Below the pieces are notes generated by a model. It had not been told where the DNA came from, ran no database searches, and worked only from the letters and a program-made list of their open reading frames with translations. From assembly GCF_003918875.1 (NCBI RefSeq), contig NW_025767291.1, positions 434,001 to 498,000 on the forward strand: a DNA stretch of 64,000 nt, read 5' to 3'. This document shows, piece by piece, positions 1 through 12,937 of this stretch (position 1 is its first letter; each line of letters starts with the position of its first letter). Both the position numbers and the translations under genes were made by a program. The DNA comes from Haliotis rubra. Lineage: Eukaryota.

Positions 1-629
1 CTCACTCATCAGCAATATTCCAGCTATATGGCAGCAGACTGTAAATCATCGAGTCTGGACCAACCAATCTACTGATCAAAAGCATTGATGTACGCAATCG
101 GGATATGATGATATAGGTGTGACACGATGTATATATGATGACACAGTACTTATATTTCAAAAGCTCCTATTCTCTCAAAGTTTGCAGGTAAATCACAACC
201 CTGAAATATGTTTCAAACTTCTGGCAGCAAAGATTGGATCTTGCAGCAGAGAAACATATAATCTTGGGCCCAATATGCAGATTCTGCTGTTATAGTCTAC
301 CAGAGAACCAGACAATTTACATAAAGACTTGCTGCTTCATAAACAGTTTTGCTGTTATTCACATTTTTTACATCAATAAAACCTGCATTGTAATGTTTTG
401 TATGTACTGCAATTCATGAGTTGAAAACTGATACAATACTGTATTACGGAATCGTTACACAACTGTTACGACAACAGCCTGCTTTGAAGTAAATTGCAAA
501 TTTAACAACATTTTGATTCTGCATATCTATTGATATTTTACTGTGAATCGGTACTGTTGTCATGCATTATTCAGGGCGTTAAACTGAAGCATGGTTGCTT
601 TAGAACATAAACACAACTTACGGTGTTCT

Positions 630-856
630 AAGTTTGTTGAACGCCACACTCAGCAATATTCCAGCTACATGGTAACAGCCTTTAAGAATCAAGTCTTGAC
701 CAGACAATCCAGTGATCAATGATCATCCATCTACACAAATGGGATACGATGACATGTGTCACCCAAGTCAGCGAGCCTGACCACCCGATTGCTAGTCGCC
801 TCTCAGATAAACATGGGTTGCTGAAGATCAGGTCTAACCTGAATCTTCACAGGTCC
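630..856 (-). mobile_element. SINE-B (Meta/MESC-like core); a further partial copy lies at 1-115
   Basis: Reverse complement of GACC(T)GTGAAGAT...GAGGCGACTA...GGTCAGGCTCGCTGAC...GATCACTGGATTGTCTGG...GCTGGAATATTGCTGAGTG. Confidence 0.85.
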
Positions 857-916
857 GTTCTAAGTTACCAAAACTGTAAATACTGTCCTCATGTACATTA
901 CACACAACAGGGCTGA

Positions 917-1076
917 GAGAGTGAGTGAGTGAGCTGGGTTTTTAGCAATGTTGCAGCAATATCATGGCAGGGGACACCTGAAATGGGCTTCACACATTGT
1001 ACACATGTAGAGAATGAAACGCGGGTCTTCGACATGACGAGCTAATACTTTGACCACAAGGCTACCCCACCGCCCC
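917..1076 (-). mobile_element. SINE-A (tRNA-derived)
   Basis: Matches family consensus. (ACTC)n tail; TSD AACAGGGCTGA. Confidence 0.88.
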
Positions 1077-1659
1077 AAACAGGGCTGAAGACAACCACTA
1101 GTCTATTGACAAGTGAAAATCTATCAGGGCTAATGGAAGGGTTATTTCCTCCCCAAATCTAAGATGCTATAAATTTTGAGCCTGAAGTGAGCTGTGTATT
1201 AGTCTGATATGGCCACCTCCTTGTCACTGTCTAAACATCCTCGGACCCTGGGAACCTTCAGGGTGGCTGCCATGTTAGCTTGTCTACAGCCCATAAATCT
1301 TCCGACATAAGGGCCTTGATAAGGACTCTTGACTTCATGCTTGATTTCAAACAATGCTGTCATATATAGTGCATGATCCTGTCACGTTAACAGGCTACGG
1401 ACAATGCAATGCTTGGACTACTTGTGGTGATGAGGGCACCGAGGGAATGTGAGCCAAGTACACACAAATCTATCAAATGGAAATATATACAGTGTGCCAA
1501 GAGACAGACAATGATATTCACTGTACGAATGTTTGGTCCAGTAATGTGTAAAATAAAATCTCAAAGTACTGTATTCTCGCATTTCCTGCAAAACCCTTGA
1601 TTTTTCCCGGGACGCAGACTGTGGTATTGCAGGGAAATGGGCCTATGGGTTGGAAAACT

Positions 1660-1792
1660 GCAGGTAAACTGGCCCCTGGGGTGGGAAAATGCAGGTAAAC
1701 TGGCCCCTGGGGTGGGAAAATGGGTAAACTGGCCCCTGGGGTGGGAAAATGCAGGTAAACTGGCCCCTGGGGTGGGAAAATGCAGGTAAACT
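1660..1792. repeat. 31-bp minisatellite, ~4 copies
   Basis: GCAGGTAAACTGGCCCCTGGGGTGGGAAAAT. Confidence 0.9.
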
Positions 1793-2092
1793 AGGGTTCA
1801 AGGTGGAATAATGCAAGTAAAACTGAGCCCCTAGCGTGGGGCAGTGACAGTTAATGTAGATTAATTCACACTACACTGTGGGCGATGTCCGTGTTCAGTT
1901 GTACAACCATCCCAGCCCAGGCTGCAAGCTGTCACAACTACAGCTATTTATACAAGCAAATAAATAACATTCCCCTTTATGATGTAAATAGTGAACAGTC
2001 TGCTCATTGATAGAGTCTGCCGGAGTGTGGTCTACACAGCGCAGTATGGCATGACTGACGGCAACAAGATCACCAGGGTGTAGCATGTAGAC

Positions 2093-2515
2093 TAGTGTTG
2101 GGAATTGGTTGAAATCTCACAATTGATGATTGATTCATTACCAACGAACAATCATCGAAAAAAATTGGTTAGCGTCATTTTTCAGATTTTCCTATCCAGG
2201 TTGTTACTGCAGATATGTATAACATGTTGCAACTTGCTACTTTAAAGTGATGACTAATATATCATGAACATAAACTTCCTGGAGTCTTAGAGAAATATTC
2301 AGTCATGACTTTTCAATTAATGGAGTTTTCTAAGAAAAAACATGTTTTCAGGCCCTGACAACTTCTAAGATATGTTCCATTGTCAAGTATTTCAAAGACT
2401 AAAACAGTAGTCCCAAAATCGTTTATGTTCGATTATGAGAAAATGTGATCGATTGTTTGGTCGTTTGGTCACTGCGACCAATCTTCGATAATTTCAATTA
2501 ATCGGAACACCACTA
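2093..2515. mobile_element. hAT-type MITE; partial sister copy at about 35495-35850
   Basis: TAGTG...CACTA termini; perfect 8-bp TSD ATGTAGAC. Confidence 0.85.
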
Positions 2516-3747
2516 ATGTAGACACTTCAAGGATAGGCGGCATTTCTTCTCAGCCGACACAACTGGCAACATTTCGTCCAACATTTGGTCTTGAACACCC
2601 CTCTCATATAAACATCTGTACTTTGGTCATGTTGACGTCTGCCGTGGAATACAGAAAAGAAGACTTTACAATTTAAAACATCTAGAATGGTTTTGATCTT
2701 TCAAACGGGAACACCCCTGTAGTCGCAACTCATTTAAAAACATGTAGTTATTTACATTAATCACAAATCTGTGTGAGCAACAGTGAAGAGTCAGTCACCA
2801 GTGGTGTCAACTGGACCAATGGTGTCGTGGAATGGAGAAAAGTAGACCAATTTAGGGTCCTAACATCTACCAATGGTTTTGATCTGTCATTGTCACAGCG
2901 TGTGCATGAACTCCAGATAAGATTTAGCTAATGTGGGTACCCCACTGTATTTTTGGAGTGGGTATATTATGAGCATGTGGTGCAGGGTGAGTCATTGTAA
3001 GTTTTAGATAGGGTCACCTAACCAATGGGAAATGTCTGAGAAATCATCCTATACTGACAGTGTCCAAAGGGGTACAATTGATCCATGCATTATTCAACAT
3101 GTATCTGACTGAGGTGCAGGTGTATATATCTCACCACAAATGTAGATTTCATACAAAAATTGTCATAGTTCGTCCCCTTGTCAAAGTTTGTCCATGCTTC
3201 ATTCCTAAAATTACAGATGACAGCAAACGCCTGCCCTAACTCTACACACAGCGACTGACTGAGGCAACAGCATCTGCGACCATGCCAATATGGCTATAGT
3301 TCAACGTTAATCAAATGATAACTAAATTATTATGGCAATGAAGCCTTCAGTCACCTAGGGCAGCATCAAAAATTAAATTAAATAAAATGACAAAGATCTG
3401 TTTAGATCTAGAAGCTTGTTCTGGAAGAATTTAATTTTGCTGCAATGCATATTAACTCAACACAGACCTTCTGGAACATCCCAATAATCTGTCAAATGGC
3501 ACATATTGCTGTAGTAATTGTGTGTTACATCAGCTGCAATCTATCAGCTTACTAGCCTACAAAGCCTACCTTAATTTTTAACTCCAGACTAATGTTTCAA
3601 AGCTATTCGTTGTACCACTGAAATTTTACTGAGAAGGTCAAGTTCTCTACCAGGATTCGTACAGATTACCAGCCATCAAATGTAAGGCCTTTTTAGGGGC
3701 TCTTCTGTCCCATTCAACAATTTAACTAGCTACAGAAACACATACAA

Positions 3748-4117
3748 CACACAAGGTTGGTCCGATACACACAAGGTTGGTCCGATACACACAAGGTTGG
3801 TCCGATACACACAAGATACACACAAGGTTGGTCAGATACACACAAGGTTGGTTGGTCAGATACACACAAGGTAGGTTGGTCAGATACATACAAGGTTGGT
3901 CCGATACTTCAAGATACACACAAGGTTGGTCAGATACACACAAGGTTGGTCCGATACACACAAGGTTGGTCAGATACACACAAGGTTGGTCAGATACACA
4001 CAAGGTTGGTCCGATACACACAAGGTCGGTCCGATACACACAAGGTCGGTCCGATACACACAAGGTTGGTCCGATACACACAAGGTTGGTCAGATACACA
4101 CAAACAAGGTTGGTCAA
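3748..4117. repeat. 20-bp minisatellite
   Basis: ACACACAAGGTTGGTC(C/A)GAT. Confidence 0.95.
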
Positions 4118-5230
4118 ATGTGAGACAAACAATCCGAGGGAAGAAGCTGTTAGCTACATTGCTGCACTGGAAAAGTTTTGCTTCACAACAGAGATTGACA
4201 CCAACTATCACTGCAAGGTATTTTTATTATGCATTAATTTCCTGTAAAATCATAACTTGATAAGTTTTGCTAAATATGGGGATTTTAGAGCAAATCACTG
4301 TCAATTAAGGCCATTTTAGTGTGAAATGTCCTTTATCAAGTACATGCAAACTTGGTCTACACTGGAACAATGAAATATGTCTCGGTAAAAGGCAAACAAT
4401 AAATTAAATCCAAATCAGACATTTTTCCTATTGTTCCAGAAGCCATTACAACACTGACTTCAGACTGGAGGGTGGTGATAATGACGGAGATTGACATACA
4501 GTCACAATCTGACCTTTACACGCCTGATGTATTAACTCCCCCAGTTTACAACATCCTGTCCAACTCACAGTAATTACACAAAACCTCCAAATATATTTAT
4601 ACTTGACAGGACGGTTGCGACATTGTTCATCTGTCACTAACAGTAATTGCTGTTCACAGAGCAGCCAGAGAAATCAGAACCCTGAAGGCGATACTGCGTT
4701 GACTTTACAGCCAATCAATCGCCCACGACCTTGGCATTACATCCATCAAATTCACACAGCGAGGAGAACACTGATCAATATTTGGGGCAAGGAGGAGACG
4801 GAGAACCAGGAGCTTCGTACCACTGTCAGGCCGTGAAACTGTTAGCAGTAAAACTCTGCATGCACTGTCACACTCAAATTGAAACAATATGAAAAAAAAA
4901 TAATTTCAGAGACAAAACAACATTATTTCGACTTAATGTTCGACAATTACAATAAATTCTCTACACCCTTCTTTTTGGCATCCTCCAATAATCTCTTCAA
5001 ACTTCAAAACATTGAAACCATGCAGAGAAAACAACCAGGGCTTGGGGCATGAGTGAACACTTTACTCACAAGACTAACCTAGCTCCCTTAACTGTACAAG
5101 AAGATCAGAGCAGCTAATACAAACAAAGAGTGAGAGAGAGAGTTGCAGCTGGAGACAAGTTAATTCTGAGGCATTTTACTAGAACCTCGATTGTTCAGAT
5201 CCCTTTTGGCAGCATTATGGGGAATACTTA

Positions 5231-5585
5231 TAGGGCTGGCTAAAATATCGATAATCGGAAATATCGTTGATAGGAAAAATTATTAAAGATTATCAATATG
5301 ACAATAGCGTCATTGATATCGTACTTGTGATAGACAAAAGTTTTAATTTACTCACACAATACACAAGTCAGGTTTTAAATTATGTTCAGGATGCTGGTTC
5401 GTTTGTAACCCATGCAAAACATGTCTGATAGAACTCACCAGTGTCTGAAAAGATATTCATTTCTTTCAGACATTTTTTAGCATTTTGGCTCCAAGTTACT
5501 TCTTCGATACTTAACGAGAGAAGTAGAGAGAGAGATTGACATTTAGTTAACGATTATCAATGTCTATGATCCATATCCAGCCCTA
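5231..5585. mobile_element. hAT-type MITE
   Basis: TAGGGCTGG / CCAGCCCTA termini; TSD AATACTTA / GATACTTA. Confidence 0.82.
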
Positions 5586-5692
5586 GATACTTACATTGTT
5601 AATCTAGGGATCTCCTGATATCATGATATTTTACTACAGTATTAGATGTATAACAACACCCTTTACCTTTCATACTTAACTTCCACGACTAA

Positions 5693-5856
5693 GTGAGTGA
5701 GTTTAGTTTTACGCCGCTTTCAGCAATATTCCACCAATATCATGGTGGGGGGACACCAGAATTGGGCTTCACACATTGTACCCCTGTGGGGAATCAAACC
5801 TGGGTCTTAATCGTGACGAGTGAACGCATTAACCACTAGGCTACCCCACCGCCCCC
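5693..5856 (-). mobile_element. SINE-A
   Basis: A box, degenerate B box, shared 3' stem-loop tail, TSD-like GACTAAG. Confidence 0.9.
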
Positions 5857-6834
5857 ATAGTGACTAAGACCCTACACACGAGTGACCAAAACCCTCGGCT
5901 GGTACAATGTTTTCCTAATCCGTTTTATTTTGATGAAATGAAAGGAGGTAATTCATTCTGCGATAACAGCCACGATGCTAGATGAAGCCAATTCGGAGAC
6001 TACATCGGCAGTAATTTGCTTGCCGTCTGAAGAGCCTGAGCCTGTCAAACACACAGTGAGAGAAATAGATAACCCTCATATCTCAAACATGCAACTGTCG
6101 TGGTAGGCCTGTTTCTATGGCAACACGAGGATGAGGAGACAAGAAATGATAAATATTGCATTATTTGAGGAGCCTCTGAATGCTGAGTGCAGGATAATAA
6201 TCGCCCTTCCATCATACATCAGTGTGTTAACTGGGCACGAGTCCTGCTAGCCACACACAACAGCTCCCTCCACCAGATTAGGTTACCTCCCTTGCCGACT
6301 AACTGCGGGGTGCATAGCGATATGAGATTAGTCTCAGCTTAAATACCCATTATGAACCGTGTCACCATGCACTTCACTGCTACACTGCGGGATGACGAAT
6401 TGATGGAATGAAAAAATACATGTCTGTAGTAAATGTAATAAAACTGCATAACCAAGAACTGATATTTACAATGAAGCATTAATGTAAGTGCTCCTCATTA
6501 AGTCAAGGTTCCCAAGGTTTGCACAAATGTAGGCACGCACCATATCTGCATCACATCTGTTTTTGATCATAAAAATATGTATGTTAGATTTGATCCCATT
6601 AAAACGGGAACGTTGGCTGAAAGATCTTATGGATTATTTGTCTCTGCAGAATATATGTAATTATTTACATAAAGTTTTCCATTAGAGATGAGCCTGTTAA
6701 CACAGGAGCGTGTAGTGTACTGAAATGATTTTATAGACTTTATGTTCATGCAAAAAGCATTTTGAGGAGCCTCATTTAGTTGCTGAGATCGGGACCAATT
6801 CTAACTCGGAATCACCAAAAGAACCAACAATCAA

Positions 6835-7000
6835 TTTGTTGGGTTTGCTGTTTAACACCGCACTCAGCAATATTCCAGCTGTATGGCGGCGGTATATAAA
6901 TAATCAAGTCTGGACCAGACAATCCAGTGATCAACAGCATGAACATCGATCTACGCAATTGGAATACAATGACGTCAACCAAGTAAATGAGCCTGATGGC
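6835..7000 (-). mobile_element. SINE-B, 5'-truncated
   Basis: 3' half of the family consensus. Confidence 0.85.
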
Positions 7001-7318
7001 ACCATCATCCATACCTCGAGCCGGCCAAGTGAAGCTGGAAGTGTTTCCAAGGCAGCTGGGACATGACATAATCGTCAAATTTAGCAAATGTTACGCTGGC
7101 TTTTCCATTTTCCAATCCAGATGCATTGACTACAAAGGGTGTGCTGTATTTTTTCGGTTCTATTTATAAACTTCAATTCAGCAATGATGTTTCAGACTGC
7201 TTCTCGAATTCAAAGTTTGGAGTTCTACAACATCTTGATGCGCATCACAATACAGCCTCACGTATCATACTATAAGATGACTCACTTTCGACCTCCAATA
7301 CCAGTCCATAATGACCAC

Positions 7319-7590
7319 TAGGAGTGAAACAGTATACCGCTGTATTAGTAGAACCGCTGTAATTTGACTTCGGTTCAGTATGCCGTAATTCAATTAAAAT
7401 CTTTTGGTATTATCGGTTTTCACGCCGTCATTTTATTTACCTTTTAAACCTTTTCTAAAATGTTTAGAAATCGTAACACTTCTTTGTCAATTTTCTGCAT
7501 TATGATCATATATCATATACCGGACTGAATCGAGGGCTTTGTACCGCAATACGCAACATATCGTGGTAAAAACGTACCGTTTCACCCATA
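7319..7590. mobile_element. hAT-type MITE
   Basis: TAGGAGTGAAACAGTA / TACCGTTTCACCCATA termini; TSD ATGACCAC / ATGACAAC. Confidence 0.78.
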
Positions 7591-8214
7591 ATGACAACTG
7601 TCTTACATTGGTGATCATTCAAACACTAATCCATTGTCACCATGTCAGCAGTATAGGTTACCAGTGTCCCACTATCAATGCCTAATCCATGTTACAGGGC
7701 CTAATACAATTAGTCTGCTTCCCTTGACCAGCATAACCTACTTAATCCCTCCAAACACTGACCACTACCAGCTTCTATAAATACTATTGATTAATCAACT
7801 ACTTTGCCGATAGCAGAACAGACGCACCAATCTCTAATCCTTCTAAATGAGGAATATCCATGTAGGCCTGTAACAGTCTCAAGACTCGTCCCCACACCCA
7901 GTCTCCTTACATTTTCACCTCTCCTGCTAAGCTCACTGTGGTCCAGCCGACAGACCGTCTGCCAATTGACCTGAAGGTGGGTGTTTCGTCTACTTGGCCT
8001 ACACAGGAGCAGACACACCAATCCTTAATCCTACAGAATGAGGAAATTCCGTTTAGGCTTGTAACAGTCGCAACACTCGTCCCAAGACCAGTCTTGTTAC
8101 ATTTTCGCTTATCTTGCTCACAGTGGTCCAGTAGACAGGTCATCTACCACGAGAGAATGTATGTGTTTTAATCCCCTGTTTTTATCACACCAAAAGACCT
8201 CAACAGATGTTTGC

Positions 8215-8380
8215 TTGTTTGTGGTTTGTTATAAACCAGCAACCGCTCTCGTCTATATTTCAGCTATATGGCAGCTGTCTATAATTAATCAAGTCTGGGA
8301 CAGACAATCCTGTGATCAATAGCATGAACATCGATCACCACAACTGGGATACGACATGGGTCAAGCAAGTCAGCGAGCCC
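8215..8380 (-). mobile_element. SINE-B, 5'-truncated and decayed
   Basis: 3' half of the family consensus. Confidence 0.75.
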
Positions 8381-9171
8381 CTAACAGATGATGCTTGTCG
8401 CATTTCCGGCCTGGCGCCTGACATTACAGGAGATAGAACAAGATCCGGACAGATCAGAGTATGTATATTGCGTCAGAGAGGTCTCTCCACTATAAAACCT
8501 TCATTAGTCTCGACTGGTATAGACAACCACCCACATACAAACTATGTTTTGAATGAAACATAAAGCTCCATCATACAATCACTCTGTTCTGCCAGATAGT
8601 ACCAATTGTAAAAGAGTAGACAGATTGTGAACACAAACTAACATTTTACCTCTTTTCATGAAAGTTTAGCATTAAAATGTTATAGTTTTTCATAAAACAT
8701 GATCAAAAGTACTAAATATTTTTTTTTTAAAAAGAACCCAACTTTGGTGTATTTTGATTATTTTTATATTTATTTGTATAACAAGTGTATTCTCTAGAAA
8801 AATAACAAAAAACAACAACCCTAACTTTCATTGTAAACAAGCTGAGAGAAAGTCACTTGTCTGCTCGGCAAAAACTATCAAAAACATAGAGAACACAAGT
8901 AAAAACGGTAACACCAACTTCATTAATACGGACGTGAATATCTGTATTACGACTTCCTTTTGAGAGCGAGCTATCCCATAAAAATCAAATTGGATGTGAA
9001 GTGGATCATGAATGTGGTGAACAGATAATGTGGCATTTTTCCAGCTGGCAAAACATGCAAACTGTCGCATAAATCCAAGAAAATGCTTATAAATTATTCA
9101 TGAAGAACTCAGCATTGGACTGACACTAGTTGTCTACACGATTCCTTTCAATATCGCCTGATAATACTTGC

Positions 9172-9636
9172 CGCTATTCCGACAACCTCCCTGCTGTAGG
9201 TGTCAGCAATGTTTGTCTGTGGGACTAGTCGCTATTCCGACAACCTCCCTACTGTAGGTGTCAGCAATGTTTGTCTGTGGGACTAGTCGCTATTCCGACA
9301 ACCTCCCTACTGTAGGTGTCAGCAATGTTTGTCTGTGGGACTAGTCGCTATTCCGACAACCTCCCTACTGTAGGTGTCAGCAATGTTTGTCTGTGGGACT
9401 AGTCGCTATTCCAACAACCTCCCTACTGTAGGTGTCAGCAATGTTTGTCTGTGGGACTAGTCGCTATTCCAACAACCTCCCTGCTGTAGGTGTCAGCAAT
9501 GTTTGTCTGTGGGACTAGTCGCTATTCCGACAACCTCCCTACTGTAGGTGTCAGCAATGTTTGTCTGTGGGACTAGTCGCTATTCCGACAACCTCCCTAC
9601 TGTAGGTGTCAGCAATGTTTGTCTGTGGGACTAGTC
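9172..9636. repeat. 58-bp minisatellite, 8 copies
   Basis: CGCTATTCCGACAACCTCCCTACTGTAGGTGTCAGCAATGTTTGTCTGTGGGACTAGT. Confidence 0.96.
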
Positions 9637-9789
9637 CTGTCCAACAGTACACACAACCATCGATTTCATCCCCATGGAAAGACGACTGTGTGTGCGGACA
9701 CTTAGGTTCCTCAACACCATAATGGCTGATAGTCACACTCAGTGTCACACCTCCATTAAAGAAAAACGATTACCAACTGAACTCCATCG

Positions 9790-10021
9790 GTTTGTTTGTT
9801 TCTTTGTTTGTTGTTCAACACCACACTCAGCAAAATTCCAGCCATATGGCGGCGGTCTGTAAATAATCAAGTCTGGACCACACAATCCTGTGATCAACAC
9901 CATGAAGATTGATCATCGCAAAAGGATATGGTGACATGTGTCAACCAAGTCTGCGCCAATCCTGTTAGTAGCCTCTTACGACGAGCATGGGGGACCAATT
10001 TTCACGCGCATCTTCACAGGT
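9790..10021 (-). mobile_element. SINE-B
   Basis: (AAAC)n tail, GCCTCTTACGAC core, begins at CCTGTGAAGAT. Confidence 0.82.
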
Positions 10022-10341
10022 TAAACTCCATCAGAGTGATGTGATTGTGACAGTAACCCACACTACTGCAATAGTGCTGCAATAAATCTCAACTATTGCA
10101 ACACAACAGGAATAGTATCGTATTGAGCAAAATCTAATCTTCATTATACTGTTAATTAATGAAAGAAATGAAAAAAGAATTGCCAACAATGTCAAAGATG
10201 GACATTTTCATCCACGTCGCTACACAAACGGAAGTAGCTCCACTCTGAAGTTAACATAATCCTTGCTGTCCAGTTAAAGTCAGGTTTGAAATACAACTGC
10301 TAACATTTTTTTACCCAATTAATATTCCATGATTACTCAGG

Positions 10342-10683
10342 CAGGGCTCCAGATAAGTTTTCAACACCAGCAGTAAGTACTCCTTATTTTTTCAATATAG
10401 GAGTACTGGAAAAACTTAAAGAGTACATTTCGATTACAGAATGGAATTTAATGGAGTATCAGTAAGCTTCTGTTTCATTTCATATATGCACCACAACATT
10501 GCTACTCTTGTGTAAACAGGTAGAAAAAACAATAAAACAAAAGAAATTCAGTCTGTAAATGATTCTAAGACCGTACACCATTGCTGTGGTGCGTATCTGC
10601 TATGTTTTCTAAATTATTTCCTACCGTATCGTGCATATATTTTATCCGTACATACGCCGATACAGCCCTTATCTGGAGCCCTG
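10342..10683. mobile_element. MITE with 6-bp TSD
   Basis: Perfect 16-bp TIR CAGGGCTCCAGATAAG; TSD CTCAGG. Confidence 0.88.
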
Positions 10684-11617
10684 CTCAGGGATTAGGATAG
10701 AGGACTTTGACAATGGGACATTTTAAGATTATAAGCCATTTTCTGAATTTAGAATGGACCACTACCCTTGTATCAATATTACACTTCAAAATTTTAATGG
10801 GCCATTTTTTATTCTAATGTTCAAAATGGCCCATGGCCCCTGCCTCTCCCAATCCCAGATTACTAATTGTCACTATTGAAACTATTGACTTTAGTAGTAT
10901 AAAAAATATCATCCGTGTCTTCAAGTTCCTATTGATTCAGAGTAACCTTTGGGCAAACAATTTGATATATTGTAACATATATTATCATAATGCGTAAACC
11001 TCACACAGTGTCATCATCTTAATCTTTGCGAAGTAGCAAAAATTACAGGGTACAAAACTCATGTTTGTCTCTACTTTCACTGATCAGCTTCACTAAGTGA
11101 CCTCCCTAATGATAAAACATGGAGTTAATATAACATATCACTTTTGGTCTATGTCACTCGTTCTCAATATTATAAGTCCTGGTCACGCAAACACAAGTTA
11201 ATTTTGGAACCGTCATTGATCTCAAGCTAACCTGAGATCTTTGCCACAAGTCACTGATGATGTCTAGATGTGGCGTGACTTAGGGTTCGGTCAGTTAATC
11301 AATTATGGGACGACGTCATCAGGGAGGTGAGTACGCTGGCCATCAAAGTTCGTGATTCCTACTTCCAACCACAGAACGTTGTACAGCCTGAGTTGACGTC
11401 CAGCAATTTACTGACCATCTCAAATAATGGTTGGCGAATACGCTTGCAGCAATTACTCGGTTTATTCGTGGAATAGAAGATGAGAATTAATCAATACGTT
11501 GTCCTCGACATCAACTCCTCCTCGTGCCGAGCTAGAGGATGGGGGCTGAAAGTCAACTGAAGTTGACACATTGCTGAGAAATTTGGTGTTCTGATTGTCT
11601 GGACTGTTACTTGTGTC

Positions 11618-12081
11618 CGTGGTAGCGTCAGTCAGCACACCGAACACCCGAATTCCATCCCCACATGGGTACAATGCAGTGTTCACGAATGGTGTTTCAA
11701 AGTAACAGGACAGTGGGTCCTGTAAGTTTCAGGTATCTGTCTGACCCATTGAAAATTCACAGGACCCAAAGAATAAAACTAAACACACATTTCAGATGTA
11801 ACATTTCTTATAATTGGCATTAAATTATTAACAAGTATAAGATTTACAAACTGCAAACAAGTGTCACATGTCACATATAACAACTTCGGTCAAAGTCGTT
11901 GTGAAATATACAGTCAGACACTGGGGCCGGCAGGTTGTAGACTTCTATCAGACCTTTTTCGAATCTGCCAGATTTGTCAGAGGGTCAGACGCTATTCGTG
12001 AACACTGACAATGTGCGAAGACCATGTCCGATGTTCCTTGGTGTGATATTGCTGGAATATTGCTAGCAGTGGCGTAAAACC
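11618..12081 (+). mobile_element. Decayed SINE-A interrupted by a MITE
   Basis: CCCCACATGGGTACAATG, then the MITE, then TGCGAAG...GATATTGCTGGAATATTGCTAGCAGTGGCGTAAAAC. Confidence 0.8.
11677..12007. mobile_element. MITE with 6-bp TSD nested in SINE-A
   Basis: TIR CAGTGTTCACGAAT; TSD ACAATG, confirmed by the known SINE target sequence. Confidence 0.9.
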
Positions 12082-12937
12082 ATTTTTAGTTGTGGGGTTA
12101 CCCCTGTGTGTCAGGAATTGGTTCAAAGTTCGGGGTTCAAATCGTGGGAACAATGATCGCTGGGTATTAAAAGCATCCCCTGCCATGATGCAGAGAGAAT
12201 AATCAATATCGAGGAGCTGAAAACTTCCTCATTCACATGATCTGCCATTTGGACAATTTCGCTGTAGAAGAATTAAAGTACTTTTGATATACATTACTTC
12301 CATGTAAAAATGAAAAACCAAAAACAAATGCAAAGCTGAAGCCCTAAACATTGAAACTGAGACTACTTCCATGTCAAGATATAAAAAAACACCTTTTCAA
12401 AAAACAAGACATTTGTCTCTTTTTGTGACTGATCATAGACTTTGCATAGAAGAAACTTAAACATGGCATTTGGATCCCTGTGTATATTGCCCTATGGGTT
12501 TTTTTTCATTTGTAACATGACAGTGTGTTGTCTCGGAAACGATGTCAGTTTTCATTTCCTTATAAGAACAAAGTGTGGTGTTGGGGTCCTTGAGGTCTTC
12601 TGTTGTATCTGATATCTAAGTCCCAATCCTGAGTGAAGAATCTGCAGGTCAGATCTGCTGTGTCTGAGTGATGTGATCCTGCATATCTCCAACCTACAGC
12701 CTCCTCCTGTAGATCTGTCAGTCCATCGGAGACAATCTAACCCCACCCAGTGTCAGTGTCAAACAACACCCAAAGTTCACCCCAAAAAATAACAAAATCA
12801 AACAGAAAAATATTATGGAAAGAGCACTAATCTGACTTCGCAGATATGCTGTCTCCAAACAGTTCAGTCAACCAACAGCAGAAGACTCCCTGAAAGCCAA
12901 TACCCAAGACAGTACATGCAGGCAGCGATGAATCCCT

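Noticed and set aside
2524-2665. Possible minus-strand exon after acceptor TCTTTTCTGTATTCCACGGCAG
   Set aside because: All frames stop quickly, there is no convincing donor and no homology is recognised.
3722-4260. Repetitive ORFs, and CRISPR-like appearance of this and the other arrays
   Set aside because: Head-to-tail tandem repeats with no unique spacers, no cas genes and a eukaryotic context.
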